Positions 49,961-60,000 of a stretch of 60,000 nt of DNA are shown here, piece by piece. The notes beneath the pieces were generated by a model, which worked only from the letters and a program-made list of their open reading frames with translations, had not been told where the DNA came from and ran no database searches. The translations under genes and the position numbers were made by a program. The DNA is from Camelus dromedarius (taxonomy: Eukaryota): NCBI RefSeq assembly GCF_036321535.1, contig NC_087436.1, positions 45,014,001 to 45,074,000 of the forward strand. The letters are read 5' to 3'. How positions within the stretch are numbered: the first letter of the stretch is position 1; every line of letters starts with the position of its first letter.

Positions 49961-52769
49961 AGTCTGTGGCGATGTGGCTGAGCAACTGTGGAGTCCTAGA
50001 AATTACATATGAGATGTAGCAATGCATCACACGCTATAGCTGCACAATTAACATTTGTATGATGATGCTGATGAGTGCTGAGAACTGTAAGGTTTCTTCA
50101 AACTCTGCCTGACTTGAGGAGGATTAGTCCTCCTTCTTCCATTTATTAGAAAGCCTGGGGGTACCCTGTTGTCAATAACGAGGAAGTGATTCAGAAAAGT
50201 GATGTAATAATCACTCATATACTTAAACCTGAGAGAGAGAAATTTTAAAATATTTAAGTACACTATGATTAAAATAATTCATATAATTACAAATATATAT
50301 ATATATAATACAATAAAAATAAACCCCCAAAATTACACAAAGAAACATCTTCCCCAGAGAGGAAGAAAGATCTTATAGTTGTCTTCAGATTGTCCCAAAT
50401 TTAACAACAGTTGGAAAAACAGTCACTATTATAGTAATGGTTGCTTTACTGTGTTTTATTTTTTTAATGCCATCCTTGATAAAAATTGAGTTTACTGAAT
50501 CTATTGCATAGCCCCCAAATCTCATTTTTTTACATACAGGTAATAGTGGTATACACTAAGCCATAGCTTAGGTTTGTTGCTATTGTGAATGTGTTATAAA
50601 GCAAAGGATTTTGTGGTTTTTAAATTTCACCATGTTATATCCAAATGGTATTTTGCAGGCTACATGTTCATAAATTTGGGCTGTAATTGCTACTGAAAAT
50701 GAATAATAAGAAATAAACATATCATCCTGAAATGTTTTTCAATTGCTCTCCAATGTTTGATTATTTTCCCCATATGAAAAGAATGTTACAATTACTAATA
50801 TGTGTACTATGATGATGTAGGATGAGGTGGTAAATCTTACGTGTGTTTGTTCTTTTTATTCTATTTCTAGAGCCTAAAATCTTAAGCAATTTTTGTTTCC
50901 TGGGTATTTGTCTCCTCATTTCTTTTACTGGATATTTTTTAGGGAAAAAGAAAAAAAAAAAAGCACTCTATGCCTTAAAAATCTAAAGTAAGCTCCCTTC
51001 CTAAACCTACGGTAAAACTCATGCCTCTCACATTTACAAATAATTTTGCAATAGAACCTTCTATCACATTACTTGGAGCTAAACTAAGCAGGATTTTAAC
51101 AGAAAAGGTCTGTAGACACATTACATGTAGAAACATAAGACCATTGTCTTATAATAATTAATCTGCTTTTAGGAAATTTCCTGAGTCAGGGAATGTACAG
51201 ACTGTTCAGTGACATGCCTGTAGGTACTAAAGACTATTCCATCAAAATGTGAAGTTTGGAAGTAATCTGTAAGTGGTTCTGGTGTGGCTTCCTTGGCTTC
51301 AGGGCTGTCTCAAAGCTGTGGGGCTCCAGGCCCAATGACATTTTGATACAGTTTTACTGGGAAATTTTACAAAGCCATGACTCATACTTAACTGCACCCT
51401 AGAGAGAATAGTCTGATGATGAGGTCCTGGTGCACCGTTAGTCCTTTCACATGGATATATTTTCCCACCATGTCAAACCAATAGGACCTCATTGCTGGGT
51501 AGAGGTTGAGTTGCATTTGAGCCCTAGTGAGCTAGCTTTTCCCTCTTCCTCTCACCTTTCAGCTTTTAATTGATATGCTTTAGAAAAGAGACAAACAGTT
51601 CATAGAGATAGAATTGGCTTTAAAGACATCATTTATATTACAGATTCAGAATTTCCTTTTTTAAAAGGATTACAATATAGCATTCATATCTTTCACAATA
51701 GTGTAACTGAGATTATTACTTATTTGAAAAAAATTCCCATTATGTCTTGGGCATAAGGAGAACTCAATAAATATGGAGTTTGTTCATGGGAAATCAACAT
51801 GTAACTGTGAAATAGTAGGTTAATAAATAAAACCCAATGATAATTTACCAGGATAAAAATTAGCCAGTAACATACATCAACTACCATTACAAGCCAGGTC
51901 TCGGGAAAAGGCATTAGCCATTTTTCTTACATAGCAACAGTATGATTCATTTTATTCTCTCTGTACATTTATTTGATGAACTCTCACTACAGAGTCTGAA
52001 AAGTTTGATATTCCACTTGTAAAACATCCAGAAAAGAAACTTCTTAAAGTAATGTGTTCCTTTGAGAATTGTTTTTTCCCTCCAAATTTACTTTATTTCA
52101 TTGTCATCCAATTGTAGGCTAATCTGAGGTTAAGCAAAAAATTTTCTTCTGAGACACAGGAATGGCAACTGTGACTATGGGGAGGACACAGCTACAGCTG
52201 TTATAGTACATCCTTTGCTGAATAGGCCATGTCTTAGCCTATAGCTGATGGAGCATCATTGGACAGTGAGATTCCATTCCCTTGCCATAGATTACACTGC
52301 GCTGATTCTGTTTTGCTTTTGGTCAAATGCCAAAGCAATACATCTAGCAACAAAAAAGCAATGCTGCTAATTAAAACAACATATTCAATCCCAACATATG
52401 CAAAAGGAAATAAATATTTAAATAAACATGGATCTGATAAAGACTGACATGATTAAAATTATACAAAACAAAATGAATGCCTCAGAATAATGAATTCCCT
52501 CCCCAAAATCTCCCATCTGAACTGGGTTGAGAAAGTATTCAAATCACAGAATATTTAAAGATAAATAAGATAGTAAATACGCAATAACAACATAGACAAA
52601 ATGTAAAAAGGAATTCATATTATGAAATAATTTCATCTCAAAATAGGGCTCATTGACATATTCTTTTAAATGTCTTTCCTAAAAAATTTAAAGTATATTG
52701 TTTAAATTTTAAATACATTAAATTATGTTTTAGTTAACTAATTGTCAGATCATACCGTTGTAAAGTCCT

Positions 52770-53330
52770 ATATTAATTTATTTGACAAATATTTATTGAG
52801 CACCTACTAGGTGCAAGGCATTGTAGTAGGTGATGCAGTTAAAAGGATGAATAATACAGATGTTTTCCCTTCCCTTGACAGAGCCAGCAGTTCAGTGAAA
52901 GCTAATGGTGCAAAGAGAGAAACAGGAAAAAAAAAAGAAAGTAAATTAAAAAGACAATTACCAAATATGATTGAAGAAAATTAACTGTGCTTGAGATACA
53001 TAATGTGGGAAGAAATCTACTTTAGATAAGGTGATCAAGGAAGTGTCTCTAAAGAGCTGACATCAAAGCTGAACCCTGAAGGATGAGGAGGATATGGTCA
53101 GGCAAAAGACAAGGGAGAGAGGTGCAATCAAAGAGACCAACGAATGCAGAGGTTTGGGGAAAGAAGAGCTTAGAGTGGTTTAGGAATGAAAAACATCAAT
53201 GGGGATAAATCTGAAGAAAACATGAGATGGGGCTGGAGAAGGAAAAGGGATTGGATTTATAGACTCTGGATGAAGATGGGACTACAATGGTAAGTGGTTT
53301 TAAGATATATTTTGAATATAGAAGTAATAG
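52770..53330 (-). mobile_element. L2 3' region
   Basis: 'tttgacaaatatttattgagcacctactaggtgcaaggcattgtagtagg...gataaggtgatcaaggaagtgtctctaaagagctgacatc'. Confidence 0.85.
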
Positions 53331-53734
53331 GACAGAATTGTACCATTAAAACTTTACAAAACTTAGAGATTGAGATCCAGAAAATGCCTTGGACAAAGTC
53401 ATGTGGATAAGTGCTGCTACAAAATCCCAAGAATCCCAAACCACAGACCTAAATGCCTTGTATTATACTGGTCATTATCATTTCTCACATCATGTTTCAT
53501 AATTACAATATGTTTGTTGCAATATCATCCTGAGAATCTAATGAAGGCACATTTATGAGTATGTATATGTATATAAGTGAATGAATTGAGCACAAAGTTC
53601 TAACCTTAATAAATCATGACCTTTTTCTTATCTAAGAACTTAAAGATAGCTGAATTTTGGTAACAATATTTTGAACAGATAATATTTGACACTACAGTTG
53701 TAAACTTCATGTTCTCAACAAGGACTTGATGGCA

Positions 53735-54835
53735 ACATTGCTAGTTGTCCACCAAAAATCCATTCTCTCCTTCATTTGGGCACATAACTTTCCAGTTAAA
53801 TTATATTTTCCAGGCTCTCTTGTAGTTAAGAACAGCTGTGTACTAAATTTTCAACAATATAATTGAAGAGAAGTGATCTGTGCCCCTTCTGGAACTGGCC
53901 CTTGAGGTCTTGAGCTTATTTCCTCCATCTTCTTACTCCCCTTATAGCAGCCTAAACAGGGATGTGGTGGATCCAGCAGAGACCATGCAGATGATGTCAG
54001 TGCCCTTGGAGCTGTCAGAAAAAGAACTTACCATATGATCCAGCAATCCCACTCCTGGGCATATATCCAGAGAGAACCTTAATTCAAAAAGACACATACG
54101 CCCCAATGTTCATAGCAGCACTATTTACAATAGCCAAGACATGGAAACAACCAAAATGTCCATCAACGGGTGACTGGATAAAGAAGATGTGGTATATTTA
54201 TTCAATGGAATACTACTCAGCCATAAAAAATAATAAAATTGTGCCATTTGCAGCAACATGGATGAAACTGGAGAATCTCATTCAAAGTGAAATAAGCCAG
54301 AAAAAGAAAGAAAAATACCATTTGATATCATTTATATGTGTAATCTTAAAAAAAAAAAAGATGAACTTATTTACAAAACAGAAACAGACTTACAGACATA
54401 GAAAACAAACTTACGGCTACAGGGGTTGGGGCAGGAGTCGGTGGGAAGGGATAAATTCAGAGTTTGAGATTTGCAGATACTACCTAATATATATAAAATA
54501 GATAAACAAGTTTATACTGTACAGCACAGGGGCCCATATTCAATATCTTGTAGCAACTTATGGTGAAAAAGAATATGAAAACAAACATATGTATGTTCCT
54601 ATATGACTGACGTAGTGTACACCAGAAATTGACACATTGTAAACTGATTATACTCCAATAAATTTTTTTTTGTTTTAAAATGGACTTTGAGAGAACTTGA
54701 GTCCTTGAATGAACACAAGGAGCAGAGCTTCCCTGCCATGTTGGAACTCTAATGTGAGAAAGAAATAAAATTCCTAGTTTTTAAGCCACTGTATTATGGC
54801 ATCTCTATATTTCAGCAGCCTAGCTTTCTTCTATA
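53735..54835 (+). mobile_element. MLT1J/K-like solo LTR split by the L1 at 54020-54680
   Basis: 5' half 'aaatccattctctccttc...ttccaggctctcttgtagttaag...gaagtgatctgtgccccttctgg'. 3' half 'gagtccttgaatgaac...atgtgagaaagaaataaaattcc...ttaagccactgtattatgg...cagcagcctag'. Confidence 0.75.
54020..54680 (+). mobile_element. 5'-truncated camelid-type L1 with ORF2 C-terminal remnant
   Basis: ORF 54106-54501 (MFIAALFTIAKTWKQPKCPS..WIKKMWYIYSMEYYSAIK..FAATWMKLE..SEISQ) is the canonical L1 ORF2 C-terminus, followed by 3' UTR and AATAAA. No clear TSD seen. Confidence 0.95.
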
Positions 54836-55609
54836 CAATAAAGACTCATAATTCTTTCCATGTCAGTATAACTATACTTCTTGTGTTGGAAAAAATCCTG
54901 AACGTTAATAAGAAGGAATATAAAGAGTCCTAATCAAGTAGTTCACTAGCTTTCTATCTAAGTCTTATTTCCAAGATGAGTTGGTGGGAGTGGAGGTAAT
55001 TCTGATACATGTATTCCCTGCTCCACACCCCCATGCACATTCACAAATATTGGGATCCATTGTTCTGTGTGACTTTCCTAAACAAAGGCAGTAGTTCACA
55101 AATGGTATACCATAAGCCCCAACGCCACTTTATGTGCTTCAATCACTCACAGATCTGAAGGCACAACTGAAGAATAGATTCATTAAGGGAATGCCTCCTA
55201 GATAGCTGGTACCTTGGGCATAAGTTGCTGTGATAAAGGCATAGACTAGCTTCAGTTCAGTGCCAGAACCATGACTCATGAGCACGTGGGTGGGATCAGC
55301 ATAGCAAATAATTACGCAGCCACAGTCACCAATGAGGCAACCAAGTCACCAATGCTATAATGTGAATGGACTTCAGTCTTGACAAGGCTGACAAAAGTTC
55401 TCCTATTTAAAATTATGTCATGAGGATGACAACACAGAACCATGGATTATGGGTACCAATTCCTGGTTTAGTCAGCTGTAGCCAGGATAACAGGTTCACA
55501 TGACAAGTTATACAGCAGATGACAACTCTGGCTATTATTTCTCAGAAGGGTGATTTGGAGGTAACAGGCAATTAGTAAATCATACATTATCCAATCATAG
55601 TAGTGGTAG

Positions 55610-55810
55610 TAGTATAGTAGTCATGATTGGAATAATGATAATAACAGCAAGCATTTTTTGAGCACTTACCAGTTCCAGGCACTGTGTCAAACACTTTATA
55701 TACACTAGTTTAATCTATAAAATTTTATTATCATCCCCATATCGCAGCTGAAGAAACTGAAGCTTAGAGACAGTAAGTGGGAGAACTTGTACTCAAACAG
55801 GCTGTGTAGC
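55610..55810 (-). mobile_element. MIR SINE
   Basis: 'tttttgagcacttaccagttccaggcactgtgtcaaacacttt...attatcatccccatatcgcagctgaagaaactgaagcttagaga'. Confidence 0.85.
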
Positions 55811-57124
55811 TTGAAAGTCTCACGTTTAGCCGTTATATTATACTGTGACCTTTGTCCAGCCAGAGCCCAGTCATATATTTGTGTCCTCAGAGCACATGGC
55901 ATATAATGACCTATATGCAGTAACAAATACACAACTGCCAGCTAATTAAAATCATGCAGTCAGGGTTTCCACAGTTCATTTTCACTATTGTGGCAATCGA
56001 AAAAAACCTGCAAGGTGTAAGTGTCAGCGTGGTAAAACTTTAGCACAGCATTCCAGAGATCTTTATAGATGAACATCTCATCTGCTAACTGTGTCAGTGC
56101 TCACCTTAGATCGTAAAATATGAACGTAAAGAGGATGACAGCCTTGCAGATGCCATTAAAGCAAACATATCCTCTCTTCTGTATGTTTCAACTTCAGCTC
56201 ATGGAAAAAGGGCACCTACCCTCTCTCCCCACAGATAATCACTGAAGAGGGCATTTCCAGTTTCTCTCTGTGATCCATTCCACAGTGACCCATTCATTCC
56301 TATATTTGGAAAGATGAGTTGTGTGTGAATCCAATTGACAAGAGCCTCCTATTCACTGGGTTCGTCTACTAATGGGCAGGCGCCACTGTGCCTCAAAAGC
56401 AATGCATGGCTCCTGCTTGAACTTGCTGTACCCGCACAGGAGCGCATCTGCCCAGATCTCCTGCTTCCCGAGCTCAGGCCTGGGGCCACCTTGCCCTTCA
56501 TGTCTCTACGAGGTGGAAGATGTTGTTTTATGGGCCTTTGCCTCATTGATCTGCTTAGACCCAGCACAGGATTTCAGCCTTCCACCTTCTACATGCAACT
56601 GGTTCAACATGGTTTTAGTCTGTCTTACAGACCACGATAAGTCTACAAGCAAACCTGAACATGTGGGTCCCAAAGTCAAGGCAGAAAACCCCAAACCCAG
56701 CATTTCAAGAAAATTCTGGATTTCAAAGCAATGATATGGCAGGGAGAAGTAATGTTACGGTTTGATTTCTGTTGTTTCCAGAAAACACATAAATTGAAAA
56801 CGAAAATTCAAAAAGAATACTAGCTTCCAGATTCCATGATATTTATTAAAGATATTTTAGGAGAAATGTGGATATTCCATTTCAAACTTTCAAATGTGCT
56901 TTGCATACAGAAAGTGTTTGATAAATATTTGCTGAATATTAAAGAAATGAACATCTTGTGGCTTAGTCTTATACCTAATGCTGCATTAAACATTGCTGTG
57001 TACATGTACATGTTGGGGTTGTTTTGCTTTTGTTTTTTTTTTTTTTTGCTAAATTTTACTGTTGCTTACTTGTACCATTACTTATATTCCCAATATATAT
57101 GTGACAATGAATTCTCCTTCAAGC

Positions 57125-57870
57125 TTGCCATGACAAAGAGTTTTTTTAAAGCAATACAGGAGAAATTTAATTATATAAAACTTTTAAACTCCTATATGAC
57201 AAAAGTTGCAATAACAAAGCCAAAAGATAACCAAGGAGCTAAAAGAAGATATCTTTAGTATTTACAGCAAAGAGTTTATATTTCACATTTCAAACAATCC
57301 AAATGTAATACAGGTGTAGCATAGGAATACTTAATTCACAGAATGTATGTACATACACCAATAAACATATGAAAGTATAATCGATTTCACTAATAGTTTA
57401 TAAGAATACTAGTTAAGACCATAATAACTTTTTCACCTTGCAGAATGGAAAAAATTTAACAAGTTGATTCAACCCATTAATAAAGAGTGTAGGGAAATCT
57501 GACGTACATACTTGCATAAACCGGTGTTCTTCTTTCATAAGGTAGTTTCTAGTGTCTATGAAAGATTTACATAGGCAGTACTCCACAACCCAGCAATTCT
57601 CTTCTAAAAATCCATACCAAAGAAATAACATAGAATATATACTTAAACAAGGTCAGAGGTGCATTGCTTTTAATAGCGGAAACAGTATGGGAGAGTGGGC
57701 TGCAACTCAGAGTTCTGTTATAAAAAAGGGTTCAGTAAATGCCAGAACAACACTATAATGGAATAATATTATTTGAGGGTCACAAATGTGAATACTTCAA
57801 ATCACTAACCAGATATGATAATGAAGAGTCGAGTGCAATTAATAAGAAGCAAAATGTCTGCCACCAAAAA
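57125..57870 (+). mobile_element. Old L1M (L1ME-like) ORF2 3' remnant
   Basis: 'aaatttaattatataaaacttttaaactcctatatgacaaaag', 'ccaataaacatatgaaag' and 'acaacccagcaattctcttcta'. Confidence 0.65.
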
Positions 57871-58779
57871 AGATTCAACTTCAAATTTTGCAAACACTTT
57901 ATGTGGCCCGAACCAAACAAAATTCACTTGCAAATCATTTTCCCCAACAGGCCTCTAGAGTGTGACATCTATAATAGAATTAAAGGTACTGACGTAGAAA
58001 GATAGCCATAGATACAGTTAAAGGGAAAAAAAGAACATTGACAAGGCGTTTCAAAATTGAAAGCAGTTGATTTTTTTATCACATGATGGTACTTAGCATA
58101 CTTGAGGCCCATGTTTAGAATTTGTTATTTGTAAGAACTCTAGAATCTCCAGGTCCAAGCCATTTACACCACTTGATACACTCAGCTCCACCGAATGGGG
58201 GCCTGCATTTGTCATCTATGCTCTTAGGTTCGAAACTAGAACCAACATCTCACATGGGACAACATGGTGCACATGAAATAGTCTCCTTAAAGGGAACTAA
58301 ACCATTAAGCAGCAAAGACCAAGTGTTTCAAGATCAGTTCTTAAATTAATCATTCTAAAAACTGAATATTGAAATATAAAATGCTCTGGCCAGTAACTTT
58401 GTCTCGAACTCTTTAGAAAAACACTCCTTTTTCAGATAAATTTCAAGGAGCTTTAAAAGCCTGTGCACAGGAGTCCCAGGCACGCTGAGATCCACCTGAG
58501 GGGCAGTCACTGCAGACCCTTGTGTACGGAAATCGTCTGGGCGCTCACAGGACTCAGCAAATGAAGGTTGATTTACTGACATCAACAAACAAATTAATAG
58601 TACAGAGTAATACCAGTGGAGAATCTCTTGTTTCATTTTTGCTTTTGAGAGACTTCTCAAGCATTCTCAAATGTGAAAAGGAATAGATTTATTTTTTCTC
58701 TGTAGCTTTGCCTTCGGTTTCTGTTCCATGATTTCCCCAACTAAAAGCAATCTTGCATCCTCCTCTGCAATTCCATTTC

Positions 58780-59060
58780 TGCATTTCCATTTCATCTCCC
58801 CCATAGTATAGTTTGTGTACAATTAAACATACATCCAGTCATGCTAGTCCTCTGCTCAAAACCCTGATGTGAACCCCCCTTCCGCCCCCATTCATATCAT
58901 GCAAAGAAAAGGCCAAAGTCCCCAGTTCACTCTCTGACTCGCATTTTAAATCCTCTCTTTCCTCTCCCCACTTCACCTTATTCCAGTCCCCAGGCCCCTG
59001 CTGTTCCTCAAAGCCCCATGCCCTTGTTCCAGCCCTCAGTGACTCTGCAGAATTTATAGT
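58780..59060 (+). mobile_element. L2 fragment
   Basis: 'gtcatgctagtcctctgctcaaaaccct...aaaaggccaaagtcc...gccccctgctgttcctcaaa..ccatgcccttgttccagccctcag'. Confidence 0.6.
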
Positions 59061-59304
59061 TACAACAAAATGCCTTTGAAGAAGCAGCACCCCCAAGTGA
59101 ACAGAACTTGGGCATTTAGTGTCACCTCTGTTCTAACAGAGGAAGCCAAAGCTGTCTGATGCTTTCCCTATGGAAGTTGGGGAAGAGTCCAATAATTCTC
59201 AACCAACTGTGTTAATTCAGTAATACCATCCTAACAAGTATAGCAAGCATTGCTTTAACTAGCAAACTTAGTCATAGGTAACAGAATAAATCAATTTTTA
59301 TATC

Positions 59305-60000
59305 TCTTTTTTTATTTTATTTTTAATTGCAGTAAACTACATATAAGATAAAATGTACCATCTTAGCCATATTTAAGTGTACAGTTCAGTGACATTAGAG
59401 TACATTCACATTGTTGTGCAACCATCACCATCAGCCACCTCTAGAACTTTTTTCCTAAATTGAAACTCTGAACCCACAAAACAATAACTCCTCATCCTTT
59501 CCCTCCTCCAGCCCCGGTAACCACCATTCTACTTTCTGTCTCTGTGAATCTGACTACCTTTGGTGCCTCCTAGAAGTGAAATTATACTGCATTTATCCTC
59601 TTGTGACTGCTTATTCCATTAGCAGAATGTCCTCAAGGTTCACGCATGTTGTAGCGAGTATCAGAATTCCCTCCCTTTTTCAGGCTGAATAATATTCCAT
59701 TATGTGTATATACCACATTTTTTTTTAATCTTTCAAGCAATGGACACATGGATTGCTTACATTTTGGGGCTACTGGGAATAATGCTGCTGTGAACGTGGA
59801 TGTACAAATCTCTCTTCAAGACCCTGTTTCAGTTCCTTGGGGGAGATACCCAGAAACGGATTTTCCAGATTGTACAGTAGTTCTTTTTTTAATTTTCTGA
59901 GGAACTGCCATGCTGTTTTCCACAGAGCCTGCATCATTTTATGTTCCCACCAATAGTGCACAAGGGTTCCAGTTTCTCCACATTCTCATCAGAAACTGAT
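59305..60000 (-). mobile_element. L1MB/L1MA-type element 3' end, continuing past the window edge
   Basis: 'aaaatgtaccatcttagccatatttaagtgtacagttcagtgacatt...cattgttgtgcaaccatcacc'. ORF 59770-59961 (LWKTAWQFLRKLKKELLY..PFLGISPKELK) is degenerate L1 ORF2. Confidence 0.92.

Noticed and set aside
50058..50082. ATGATGA...CTGA resembling snoRNA C and D boxes
   Set aside because: The boxes are too close together and there is no terminal stem or guide region.
54106..54501. 131-aa ORF with clear protein-like sequence
   Set aside because: It is the C-terminus of L1 ORF2 in a truncated retrotransposon, not a host gene.
58355..58660. 101-aa minus-strand ORF with a signal-peptide-like hydrophobic stretch
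   Set aside because: No recognised homology and no convincing splice or promoter context.

Overview
AT-rich, CpG-depleted mammalian genomic DNA, very probably from a camelid (alpaca/llama/camel). The evidence is a tRNA-Ala-derived vic-1-type SINE at 46349-46470 and several camelid-style L1 3' ends. There is no long ORF, RNA gene, CRISPR array or prokaryotic feature, and the ORF track is almost all noise; the one recognisable protein is an L1 ORF2 C-terminal remnant (54106-54501). The window looks like the interior of one large gene, probably on the minus strand, that I cannot name. It is filled with old MIR, L2, L3/CR1, MLT1 LTR and hAT elements plus short young L1 insertions with visible target-site duplications. 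The best non-repeat signal is a series of minus-strand ATG-to-splice-donor segments and cassette-like exons (2633-2739, 17849-17916, 26154-26232, 32113-32182, 33160-33266, 45595-45692, 47841-47853) and a CpG-enriched CCAAT/GC-box/E-box promoter-like patch near 28.3-28.9 kb. Together these suggest several alternative internal promoters and N-termini, but this is inferred from splice motifs alone. I did not find convincing evidence of a new biological system. Repeat family names are recalled from consensus sequences rather than searched, and old-repeat boundaries are approximate.
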